Below are positions 25,061-36,906 of a DNA stretch of 64,000 nt, one piece after another. Each line of letters starts with the position of its first letter. The stretch's first letter is position 1. The stretch lies in contig OX597826.1 in the NCBI GenBank assembly GCA_951406725.2, positions 28,458,001-28,522,000 of the forward strand, in the 5' to 3' direction. This DNA is from Octopus vulgaris (taxonomy: Eukaryota). The notes beneath the pieces were generated by a model, which saw only the letters and a list, made by a program, of their open reading frames with translations, was not told where the DNA came from and ran no database searches. Position numbers and translations under genes: made by a program.

Positions 25061-25096
25061 CTTTCTGTAGACGAGCGTAGTCTCGAAACGTAAAAG
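25061..25096 (+). ncRNA. Minimal type I hammerhead-like motif with variant core CUGUAGA
   Basis: cttt-CTGTAGA-c-gag(cgtagt)ctc-GAAA-cg-ta-aaag: stem I cttt/aaag, stem II gag/ctc, GUA triplet. Confidence 0.5.
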
Positions 25097-25244
25097 ACTT
25101 TTTTTTATTCCTGAGCGTTATACTAATACATATGTTTGTTTTGTACACCACCTGTCTTCGTCTTTTGTTTTTTTCGTAAACTCTCCCTATGTGTGTATAT
25201 ATATATATATGTATATATATATAGTGTCTTTTGAACAACACACC

Positions 25245-25292
25245 GTCTCTGATGAAGGGATATCCATAATATCCCAGAAACAGATGTAAGAC
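25245..25292 (+). ncRNA. Minimal type I hammerhead ribozyme (Penelope-type)
   Basis: gtct-CTGATGA-a-gggatat(ccata)atatccc-a-GAAA-c(agat)g-TA-agac: 4-bp stem I, 7-bp stem II, short stem III, GUA cleavage triplet. Confidence 0.75.
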
Positions 25293-25365
25293 TATTTCAT
25301 TATAACTGTTCTGAAAACTCCTCACAGCCTTGGATTTGTTATCTCATTCTAATATATATATATAT

Positions 25366-25399
<34 letters not shown>

Positions 25400-27295
25400 A
25401 AGAAAAGGGGGACAGAACGAGACAGATGGAGGGTTTATGTATGAAATGTTACCAACACAAATTTCGTATCCACCCTCACTTTCCCACTCTGAAAATCCCA
25501 TCATTCAGTCATCAATCTATTTCAATCCAGTTATACTTTTGTCTGTTGTCTCACACACACACACACACACAACCACCACCACAACAACAACAACTACACA
25601 CAAAAGCACCCTCTCACTGCTCGTTTACACCTCTCACTCTTTTCTCTGCCGCAGCTCCTCCTCCTCCTCCTTCCACCTCTTCTTCTGAAACAAACACCTC
25701 CTCATTGTTTATTTTTCGCAACTTTTGCTAGACTTGTGATGGAAAAGTGAGGAAAGGGCGGAGTAGGGCTTCAACAACAGAATATCAACTCCTTCTGTCC
25801 CTCTGCCCCTCCCTCTTTTTCTGTCTCCCCCCCCTCTCTCTCTCTCTCTCAATCTCTCAGATTCATGAACCACCTTCATGATAAATGCAAATTCTTACTT
25901 TCCGGAGTAAAATATATCAGACCCCCCCCCCCACACACATGCAAACAAACAAACAAACAAACAAACGTAAAGTAAAAAAGAAGAGGAGGAGCAGGAGGAA
26001 AAGTAATAAGAAAATAATGAAGAATATGAGATTATAAACAAAAGAATAAAAATGAATGACAACAACAACAACAATGGTAACTAACAACAATTACATTAAT
26101 TATAGCAACAGCAGCAACACCTACAGCAGCAGCAGCAGACAACAACAACAGCAGCAATACTAACATAGCCAGTAGGAACAACAACCAATAGCAACAAGAA
26201 CAAAGAAACAACAACAACAATTTAGTGTAAAAAAAAAAAGAACAAAGTGCAAAGTAAATAAATAAATAAATAAATAAGAGGAAAGAAGTGGGGGTCCTTG
26301 GCGTCGGGGGTTGGTAGGAAATAAGGGTTTTTGGAAAGAGAAAAGTAAAAATAAAAAGACAATAAGCCCATTTGTAGGGAGAAAAGAGTTAGGGAGAGAA
26401 ACGTTTATGATGTATATTTGAGTATTATTATTATTATTATCATTATTATTATTATTGTTGTTGCTGTTGTTGTTGTTGTTATAAACCCTCAGGCATTTGT
26501 GTAGAAGCCTTATTGGGTGTTTTCTTTTTTTAAGTGTATAGGGGCAGAGAGAAGACGGGTCTATTTGTGGCTTAGATTATTTAAATATTAAAGTTTATAA
26601 TTATGAAGAAGAAGAAGAAAAAAAAACAAAACAAAAAAGGAGGGGGTGTTTATGTTTACGTGGAAGGGTAGGTAGGTGTTTAAAGCTTAAGAAGGTGCAA
26701 CATATCAATAAGGTACAAAGAGGAGAAAAATGACGCTGATTATACATACACACATACATACACACATTTATCTATCTATACGCGCCGATCGGAGAAAAAT
26801 TGAATTTTTAATACACTATTTCCCGCTTCATTTCTGAATTTGGTCTGAAATTCGTGTGTCGAATTTGTGAATTGAAACAAACTTCGTTGCATTTCGGTGG
26901 GGTCATTAGGCCAATAATAGACACACGCACTAGTTCAATTTCACTTCCATATTATTTCTTCGTTCGTTCGTTTGATTAATCATTCGGTTAATGAAACATT
27001 TATCTATGATTCTTTAATGTCTTGTAGGTTACACAATGGAATGGCCGAAGGTAGAGCGGGCACCATTATTAGGCCGCGTTTAAGGTATTACCTGCTCTTA
27101 ACCTGATGTAGTATGGTTACAAGCGAAACACTTCGTGAGAAAAAAAGAAAGAAACTAAGCTTCCAAAACAGCGGTTTTCAAGCGCGGTCCCCAGAGCCAT
27201 ATGCAACCCTCAAGCATGCTTTCGGCATGGCGCTGCCCCAGCATGGCCGCAGTCAAATGACCGAAACAAGTAAAAGAATAAAAGAATATCGTATA

Positions 27296-27625
27296 CAGGG
27301 TGTTCATAAATTATCTCGACATCTTCCACAATTCATTGTGCCACGTGCTATCAATGGAGCCCACATCACAGGCTCAGAAACGGCGGGGAGGGGGGAGAAT
27401 TGCAAATGCATCCCCTAAAATTTCTTGGGGGTAGTGAAAAGTGGGTTTGTATCCCCACCTTCCGAGCAAATTTCGTTCCCGCACTTATGGCCCACGTAGA
27501 AGTGTTCCGATGTTCCTCATAAAGCGATTTGTTTGCCAGTTTTCCAATAAACTCCGCAGAAGAATCCTTATTTTTCATTTTTCTATGAATTTTTCAAATT
27601 GTAAAGGTAATTCAGGGACAGCCTG
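27296..27625. mobile_element. Tc1/mariner-type MITE
   Basis: Imperfect TIRs cagggtgttcataaattatc / ggtaattcagggacagcctg, TA on both flanks. Confidence 0.6.
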
Positions 27626-27698
27626 TATGATACGTGATACACAAAAGAAGCCAAACGTTGACAAAATCTTGAAACTTAGGGATATCACCTCTCAATTT

Positions 27699-27877
27699 AC
27701 AGTTCTATATTTAAGAGATGAGGAATTATGTACATTATTTACATTTGACAGATATTTGTCCTCATCTTGTTTGTTGTTAACACAACGTTTCGGCTGATAT
27801 ACCTTCAAGCCTTCTTCAGGTGTCTTGGGGGAAATTTAAAACCTGGCTTCTCATTCCTAAGGTATTTTTCGATGCTA

Positions 27878-27919
<42 letters not shown>

Positions 27920-28090
27920 TCACTGCTTGGAATTGAATCTTGGGTTTAGTAGCCCGCGCTCTTAACCACTACGCTATATGCCCGGGGGCATATGAACCCT
28001 AAGATTCCGAGTTCGATTCCAGGCAGTGACCTTACTAATAATAACAACAAACAAGATGGGGACAAATATCCGCCAAATGTAAATAATGTT
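27699..28090 (-). mobile_element. Fold-back retroelement with tRNA-like head and hammerhead, 10-bp TSD
   Basis: TSD ctctcaattt (27689-27698, 28091-28100); inverted arms 27732-27779 / 28042-28089; inverted tRNA-like heads meeting at 27984. Confidence 0.75.
27779..27824 (-). ncRNA. Minimal type I hammerhead ribozyme (Penelope-type)
   Basis: Minus strand: gacac-CTGAAGA-a-ggct(tgaaggtatatc)agcc-GAAA-cg-TT-gtgtt; palindromic AACGTT stem III. Confidence 0.75.
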
Positions 28091-28329
28091 CTCTCAATTT
28101 GTTGCATTAAGATTTTAAACAAGGACCCAATTCGGACAAAATTTTACATAGAACTGCCATGAGACCGGAGCTAAACACGGCTTCCATAGCGAATAAGTGA
28201 TTGTGGTTCGACCCCGTTCCCCAATTAATACGATACTGGTCCATTACAGAAATAAATTTTAAATATTGACAAAAGCCGAGAGGAATTCCTTTTGAAAAAT
28301 GCTGGGTATCAGAAGGAAAAAATGAATAG

Positions 28330-28680
28330 GAGCAGGCATGGCCGGGAGGTTAAAAGCTCGCTTTGGATCCCACAACGTGGCACTTAAGGGGAGTGTTTCA
28401 TACTGTAGCTCCGGGACCAGTGTCTTGTGAGTGAATTTGATAGATGGGAAATTGTGGAAGCCAGTCATGTACGTGCGCGCGTTTGTCCCCGCCACTACCG
28501 CTTGACAACCGCTGTTGGCGTGTTTATATCCCCGTAACTTAGCAGTTCAGCAAAAGAGACTGAACGAATAAGTACCAGGCTTTAAAAAGAAAAAAAGTAC
28601 TGGGGTCGATTCGTTCGACTAAAAATTGTTAAAGGTGATGCTTCAGCATGGCCGCAGTGTAATCACTGAAACAAGCCCAA
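28330..28680 (+). mobile_element. SINE family A, diverged
   Basis: Matches consensus with deletions. Confidence 0.75.
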
Positions 28681-29424
28681 AATAAACAAAAAAGCAACAG
28701 ACCTAACCACAAGTGGTTTCGTGAAACCCCGTGGGTCGAAGTGTATTTATTTGCAATGCTTGAATTCTACCAGCCCCTCACAGTCGACTGTTTTATTTAG
28801 TCAACAACAAGAAAGGACATACACATCACTGAAAAACCTGCAAACGTTACCTTTATATAGAGATAGCAATTTTACATCCAATTAACCGTGTTACCAATGA
28901 GTGGAATGGCTTAGTCTAGTCGCGGTTTGTTTTGCACAAACGAACACATATACATACATACACACACAAACGCACACATACTTATATACACGAACACACA
29001 TTCACACAAACGGACACATATACATACATACACACACATACATACACATGCGTACACACATATACATACATTCGCACAAACGGACACATATATACACACA
29101 CTCACACACAATCGCACTATATACATTATGCGCACACACACACACACAGTTCTATAACAATTTTTTCCAAACTTGCTTGGATGGAATTGTTCTTAAGTGT
29201 AAATTGTTGCTTTCGCGGTTGATTACCTTCCCTCCCGTTAACCATTCAACAGTGAAAGTACTTCTCTATTTGAAATTACTTACACACACACACACGAAAT
29301 GATCAGACACACACGAAATCATCAGACACAAGATTTTATACGTCGAAACACATTCTAAAGTAAAACAAAAAAAAAAGATGAATATTTCCATGTCTGTATT
29401 TTGTGAAAATATCTGGCCTTATTG

Positions 29425-29973
29425 AGGAGTCAAAGAAAGTGACCCGTGGTATTTGTTCCAGCTCATTATTCGATTGGTACTTTATTTTTATCGACCCCGA
29501 AAAAATGAGAAACGAACCTCCGTAGAACTTGAATTCAGAACGCAAAGTCGGATGAAATGCTACTCATTTGGTATCGATTCTGCCGGATAATCCTTTCTGC
29601 TATAGACACGCGGCCAGAAATTTTGTGGGAAAGAGCTGGTCGGCTACATTGACCCCAGTATTCAACTGGTACTTATTTTATCGACTCCGAAAGGATGAAA
29701 GACAGATTTCGACCTCGGCATAATTTGAACTCGCAGCGTATAGACGGGCGAAATGGCGCTGACCATTTTGTCTGGCGTGATGCCTATTCTTCCAGTAATT
29801 TCGCGGAGGGAGTAAGTCGATTACATCGACCCCAATGTTCAACTGGTACTTATTCTATCGACTGCGAAAGGATGAAAGGAAAGTCGATCTTGGGGGAATC
29901 TGAACTCAGAACGTAAAAACGGACGAAATACCGCTAAGCATTTCGTCCAGTGATTCTGCCAACTCGCCGCCTT
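29425..29973 (-). mobile_element. Cluster of three tandem Meta-domain SINEs
   Basis: Three repeats of tggtactta...atcgac..cgaaa.gatga...gaactc. Confidence 0.8.
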
Positions 29974-30355
29974 AATAATAATAATGATGATGATTTCTTT
30001 ATTAACCATAAGGGTTTACATAGGAAAAAAAACATTGTGGACAATGCAGGATAAAACAAAGTGTGTGTATGCGTGTGTATGTGTATGAATGCGTGTTGTG
30101 AAGGTTTTACGTGTAAACAAATTTTAAATAATCAACAATGTGTGATCTTCAATAGGGAGGGGACGTTTAAAATGAAATACTTTAGAAATCAGAGAGAGAG
30201 ATAGACAAAGTGTGAGGGAGTGAGGCACAGAGTCCAGAAGTCCACCGGACATCAAATATCCTGAACTATCGACTGGTAGAAGACCTTATGAAGAGTTATG
30301 TTTACTGGAAACTAGAGTGGCGCCAACTTTAAGCAAAATAGATAGATAGACACAC

Positions 30356-31070
30356 AGATATTCCTGCGTGGGTCTGCCCGCAGATCTGAAGTTAATGTAC
30401 AGGTACGTTTGTGTGTGTATGATAATTTATAAACATTGAAGCATTTTAATTCAACAACATTGAAACATTTCAGTTTGTCAACATTGAAACATTTTGATTT
30501 GTAAACATTGAAACTTATAACGATGTTTTTCTAATTTTACACTTTTACCATTGATAAACAAAAAAATATTGTTGAAACTAGTTTGGTATATATGTGAATA
30601 AATGTATTTAAAAAATTTACGAGTTTTTGAAATTTAAGTGCATTTTCAACAACACATTTTCATTAAAAAATAAAAAAAAATATATATATATATATATATG
30701 TAAAAAAAAAAAAGGCAAATACAAGTGTAACAAACACAAGCATCGAAGGGACAATTCACAATTGATATTATAGGCTGAGGCTCTAAGTAAGAATAAATGT
30801 CAAATCGCAAAAGATATAAAGTTTCGGATAAGCCCAGGAGAAACAGGAACAAGCAAGAAAACAAGAGAAGAAAGGAGAAGAAAAAAAAAGAACTAGGAAA
30901 AAACCGCATAGGGAATTTGGTTCATGTGTTCAACCGCTAACTGTATGTATATGTAACTATCACTATATAAAGGTATGTGATTAAATATATATTTTTAAAT
31001 GTCAATTATTCAGTAGCCATGATAAAACTCCGAATTTCGGATGTCGGGGCGGAAACCCACGCCAGCATCT
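30356..31070. mobile_element. Possible old DNA transposon with degenerate TIRs of about 38 bp
   Basis: agatattcctgcgtgggtctgcccgcagatctgaagtt versus the reverse complement of 31033-31070 (agatgctggcgtgggtttccgccccgacatccgaaatt); internal aacattgaaacattt repeats at 30431-30515. Confidence 0.4.
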
Positions 31071-31336
31071 CTTCAGTTATCGGGCCAGTGAAAAAATTGC
31101 TATGAAAAAAAAAATGTGTGCGTCAGAGAGAGAGAGAGAGAATATATATCAATTGGTAAAAGTTATAGAGTGACCCAAGGGCAAAGAGTTTCGTGCAATG
31201 GCCGCCGTTATGAAATGCATGGAACACCCGGCCCTCGTGTCACTTTGTAAGTTCTGCCGATCGATAACACACACACACACACACACACGCACGCTTTGAT
31301 TCCTTTTTCCTGTTCGCATCTATCTATCTATCTACC

Positions 31337-31399
<63 letters not shown>

Positions 31400-31987
31400 A
31401 AACATGTCTATTATTACATATGTACATAGATAGGGAAGACTAGACTAGAAAGATAGATAGAAAAATAGAGAGAGAGAGAGAGATAGAGATAAATGCATAT
31501 AAGTATGTGTAATATACATGTCCATATATCAAACAAGCTATGGTGAATCTGCTTCGAGTAACAGCTGCTTGACATCAAATGTATTCATTAATTCTTATAT
31601 ATGTATACATATACATATATATATATATATATAAATTCACGTACACATACTTCCATGTTACGATTTCTTTGATCATTCAGGCCGCCCCCACCTCCTCATT
31701 AACGTGCTTACGCCTTGCTTTTACCGATTTTTCCCCTCCTTATTTTTTATTGTTATTATTATTATTATCATTTTGCTTTGGTTTTACTCACCGTATAAAC
31801 CCACAACCCCCGCACAACCTACCCACCATTATCTCTGTTGGAGAGAACCACAGAACCAGCATGACATAACAAGAAAGCAAATATCTTTCTTACCTTTCAA
31901 TCGAAGAACTGAACGCAGCCACAATTATATTAATAGTAGCATTATTGTTATTAGTATTACTTAAAACGCAAGACTAGCACGCAAGAT

Positions 31988-32031
<44 letters not shown>

Positions 32032-32396
32032 CGTGATATCTTGATTAGGTCTGTAACGAAGTTTCAATGAAGTTTATAGTAAGGTAGAAAAATCCGTCCG
32101 TAGGTTGAAGTGATAACTTACCTAGAAAGAGAAGAAAGAAAAACAGATTATTAATGCGGAATGAAAACAGTAATTAGAAAAAAAGAAACAAACATAAGAA
32201 AATAACGAACGTATGCATGCATGCATGTATCTATGCATGCATGCATATATGTATGTATATGTATGTATGTAGAGTAAGCCCTGCCATAGCGCGGTTTATT
32301 ATCTAAGCTTACATCAATTCCTCCGTGATGTTGTTTTGCGTTTATGATATAATAAATATATACAAATTATAAAAGTTATTTACAGGCGTATTTATA

Positions 32397-32720
32397 GGGG
32401 TAGGACTGGCTGTGTGGTAAGTAGCTTGCTTACGAACCACATGGTTCCGGGTTCAGTCCCACTGCGTGGCACATTGGGCAAGTGTCTTTTACTATAGCCT
32501 CGAGCCGTCCAAAGCCTTGTGAGTGGATTTGTTAGACGGAAACTGAAAGAAGCCCGTCGTATATATATATATGTGTGTGCGTGTGTGTCTATATTTGTCC
32601 CCCGCCCAATATCGCTTGACAACCGATGCTGGTGTGTTTACGTCCCCGTAACTTAGCGGTTCGGCAAAAGAATCCGATAGAATAAGTACTAGGCTTACAA
32701 AGAATATGTCTTGGGGTCGA
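32397..32720 (+). mobile_element. SINE family A, 3'-truncated, CpGs intact
   Basis: Near-consensus. Confidence 0.9.
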
Positions 32721-32769
32721 GAGAGTATATTCATATACATACGCTGCAGATGAATGAACACACATAGTA

Positions 32770-32800
<31 letters not shown>

Positions 32801-33437
32801 CATACATACACACACACATACATACACACACACACACATACATACACACACATACATTCATGTCTCTAATGATTGAAGAGGATGGGTGGGAGGGAGAGGG
32901 AGAGCCTGAATACAACCAGACACACGCAAATTCATTCTGTTTGTAACGGCTTAAAAAGAAGTGACGTCTACAAGACAAGTGGTTACGTAACTGCTTGAAA
33001 CGCACGTATTAAATGCATTCGAAACATCAGTAATTGGTTACGTGATTTATACTAATATTATACGAGTTTGTTAATAACAATCTAGTCTATCCTTGCTCAG
33101 AGAATTAGATAATACAGTTATAAAGCAATACGGTTAGAAGAGAGGAATGCAGGTCTCATTATTGAGTCGAAAACATCTAGTAAAAGAGTATTATATCAAA
33201 GAACACCACCGAATATATAAACCCATTTGCGTTCGTTTTTATACCTCTGCTGCACATAGAACCAACCTTGTGTAGGATCTACAGTTGAAACTGGACTTGG
33301 TACTTAGATATCCACAATAACCTACCAAAACCTGATAGCGTCATTATTGTGTGCCTCAGTGTGAGTTCTGTTTGTACCTAGCCGTTTCTGAAGTCCTCCA
33401 CGTGAATGTGCCTAGATTCTATTGAATCCTATAATTA

Positions 33438-33484
<47 letters not shown>

Positions 33485-33522
33485 CATAAATATATATGTA
33501 CATACATATATACATATACGTT

Positions 33523-33740
33523 TCTTATTTCTTTATTACCCACAAGGGGCTAAATATAGAGGGAACAAACAAGGACAGACAAAGGGATTAAGTCGATTAC
33601 ATCGATTACTTAATTTACCGACACCGAAAGGATGAAAGACAAAGTCGACCTCGGCAGAATTTGAACTCAGAACGTGACGGCAGACGAAATACCACTGCAT
33701 TTCGCCCGGTGTGCTAACGTTCCTGCCAGCTCGCCGCCTT
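33523..33740 (-). mobile_element. Meta-domain SINE, alternative tail
   Basis: Matches 7308-7540. Confidence 0.9.
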
Positions 33741-34129
33741 GCATATATACATACACACACACACATATATATATATAAATATATATACACACACACACAC
33801 ATACATATGCATATACGTACATATAAATATATGTATACACACACATAAATATCTATACAAATATACACACAAGCACAGGCAAGTTAAAGTATAGCTGAGA
33901 GTTAAACACAAGTGTATTACTGGTATTCGTCTTATATTTCTATATTTCATTGCGTTTTTTTCCTGCTGTCTCTTTCCTAACCAGATGGAGAACAAGTCGA
34001 GACCTTTAGATAAAAAAAAAAAGTCCGATGCTGGTATTCGAACCCGTCACGGAGATTTGCAATGAATATAACATGCAACAAAGGATTTAGTTGCATGTTA
34101 CTGGTTGGTGGTGGCGCTGTTGTTGCTGA

Positions 34130-34295
34130 TGACGATGACGACGAGTATCATGATGACGACGACGACGATCATGACGTCACCGACGACGATTGTTGATGAT
34201 GATGATGATGATGATAATGAAGGTGATAATGACAGTCATGAGAATGATGATGATGATAATGATGATGATAATGATGACGGTGGTGGTGATGATGT
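34130..34295. repeat. (GAT)n/(GAC)n microsatellite
   Basis: Seen directly. Confidence 0.9.
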
Positions 34296-34519
34296 TTTAG
34301 CTTCATATAGGTCATCAATCCCTGATCGAACTGACAAGACATGGTGATCAATCAATGATCAATAATGAATCAAAAGCTTATTACAACTACCATCCAAAAG
34401 CATTTTAGCTGCTGTTTTTAAGAAGGTCGAACAGCCAAATTAAGATTCCATCGTTGGTTCGCTTCTTCCTCGATCGATTTCTACCACCACCGCCATCATC
34501 ATCATTTTCATGTGTGTGT

Positions 34520-34970
34520 GTGAAGAGGGTTATTATCTGCAGCTGATAATCTATATGTAAATTTTAGCTCAAGTTTTAGTCTTGGTTCTCATCTGCTCCC
34601 CCCACTACTTCTCTTCCTCCCCATTGTCCTCCCACTCTCTCTCTCTCGTTGTCCTTTGGTCTCCCCTGTTTCTCTCCAGCTCAATCGGAGAGCAAACCGC
34701 CTTCTTTACATAATAACAAGTGCGTCAGTCCATCCGGACCACCTGGACGTTGGGTTCGGAAGACCACGGAAGATGTCTTCTATCCAAAATGAGAGAGAGA
34801 GTGAGAGAGACGAAGAGGGCCTGTGTACGCGCGTGCATCAGAGAGTGAGGGAGAGAGAGACAGGAGATGACCTTTGAGGTCACGCAGACCCTTAAGCAGA
34901 TAATCCGTTATTTATTGCTGGGTTTCCTTGCCAATAATACTGTCAGTCAATCCTTAATCCTGGCTCACGC
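34520..34970. promoter_or_regulatory. Candidate cis-regulatory island
   Basis: ATTATC-tgCAGCT-GATAAT (34532-34550), TGACCT-ttg-AGGTCA (34868-34882), TAATCC twice (34901, 34955), CTGTCAGTCA (34940). Confidence 0.35.
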
Positions 34971-35720
34971 AACAACACAACAACCATCATGGCCGCGGCA
35001 ATGCTAAACGACAGAGCGAAGTGACGCGGTCGTAAGATGCCGATGATGATGATGATGATATGATTACGATGTTGGAAGAGTTTCAACAACGATGCCAACA
35101 GCAGAGCAGATCAGATGAACTTGAAGATACAGAGTTCAAATCCCGCTTAAGTTTTGACTTAAGACTTTTAAGCTTCGCAATCCGAACGAGGTCGGTAAAA
35201 GTTAGTTACCGTCTTTTTTCTTTCTTTCTCTTGGCATGACAGATTAGTTAAATACAGAATCAGAAATTCTAGAACACCAGACCGCTAAACGTGTTCTAAA
35301 GATTTGTATTAGTTGTAGAGGCAGGTACGGCAGTAAATGCCACGAGTTTATTATTTCCTAGCGCTCCTTTGCAATCTGCGTTCGAATCACGACACCATCA
35401 ACTTTGTTTTTTGTTTTTCACCCTTCCAGGTTTAACAAGATAAAATACCAGTAATGAACTGGGAGTTGATGCAACTGACTGCTCTCTTCCTGCTAATTCC
35501 TAGCCTTGTGTCTATCTAAGAAGAAATCACAAAATGCTTTGCTATATTAATTCAGAATTTTTGTTCTGAGTTCAAATCCAACTTGAGTCAATTTTAATTC
35601 TCATCCTTTCGGGTCGATAAATTAAGTGCCACACAAGCACTGGAGTCGATGCAATCGATCACCCCACCGCATTAAGTCAATGGTCATGTGCCAAATTTTG
35701 AAATAATAATAATGATAATA

Positions 35721-36130
35721 CTTTCTACTATAGGCATAAGGCCTGAAATTTGGGGGAAGGGGATAATCGATTACATCTGGTACTTAATTTATCGACCCCC
35801 GAAAGGATTTAAGGCAAAGTCGACCCCGGCGGAATTTGAACTCAGAACGTAACGGCAGCCGAAATACCGCTAAACATTTCGCCTGGCGAGCTAACGATTC
35901 TGCCAGCTCACTGCCTTTGAAATAATAATAATAATAATAAATCATTATTGAAACGGCGAGCTGGCAGAACCGTTAGCACACCGGGCGAAACGCTTAGCGG
36001 CATTTCGTCCGTCGTTACGTTCTAAGTTCAAATTTGGCCGAGGTCAACTTTACTTTTCATCTTTTCGGGGCCTATAAAACAAGTACTGGTCATGTACCGG
36101 GGAAGATGTATCCGACTGCCCCTCCCCTCA
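35721..36130. mobile_element. Head-to-head pair of Meta-domain SINEs
   Basis: Minus copy 35721-35917, (AAT)n spacer, plus copy 35952-36130. Confidence 0.85.
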
Positions 36131-36139
36131 AAACACTGC

Positions 36140-36420
36140 TGCTTCAAGGCACAAGTCCAAGCAAGGTTCATGGGAAGACCAGCAGTCACCCATGCACACC
36201 AGCCCCTCCTCTTCATGCCACTGATGGTATCCAAGGGAAAGGCAAAGAGGCCGATACAGCTTGGCACCTGTAACATCACAACTCGTTTCTACAGCTGAGT
36301 GAACTGGAGCAATTTGAAATAAAGTGTCTTGCTCAAGAACACAACACACAACTAGGTCCGGGAATCGAACTCACTGACTCAAGATTATGAGACCGACGCT
36401 CTAGCCAGAGTTATGTACCT
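36140..36420 (-). mobile_element. SINE family C
   Basis: Highly similar to 2600-2897. Confidence 0.85.
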
Positions 36421-36657
36421 TAACCTAGATACCAACAAACATATATAATATACACAAACATCTACGTGTATTCCCTCAACGACCATGTGGTCCTTTTGTG
36501 TATATCTAAGGGCACTTTTTCTAATATATCATGTTCTTCTTTTAAGCGCGTGGAGCTGAGATGTGGATGCTATCTCTAGCAGCTGGGATATAAAGGGTAC
36601 ACAGCATAGTAAGGCTACAACAAACCATAATCTCCAGTAAAGTGGGTGTGAGAGAGA

Positions 36658-36688
<31 letters not shown>

Positions 36689-36860
36689 TGGGAGAGAGAG
36701 AGAGTGAGAGAGTGAGATAGAGAGAGAGAGTGGGAGACAGGGTGTGTGAGTGACTGCGCGTGCGAGCGTGTATGTGTAAATGTAGGTAGGAAGGCGAGAG
36801 TAAAAAGACATGGCTGGAAAAATTAATTAAAAGTTCGTTGATTAGGAAATCAACAGACAT

Positions 36861-36906
<46 letters not shown>

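Noticed and set aside
27010-27085. Acceptor-like tcttgtag followed by ATGGAATGGCCGAAG
   Set aside because: Very short frame, weak donor, no recognisable homology.
27916-28020. tRNA gene
   Set aside because: A and B boxes are split between two deleted inverted copies; no complete cloverleaf. The same applies to the other SINE heads.
36575-36640. TATAAAG box followed by a GA-rich leader
   Set aside because: No clear initiator at the expected distance, and the next ATG (about 36810) closes after six codons.
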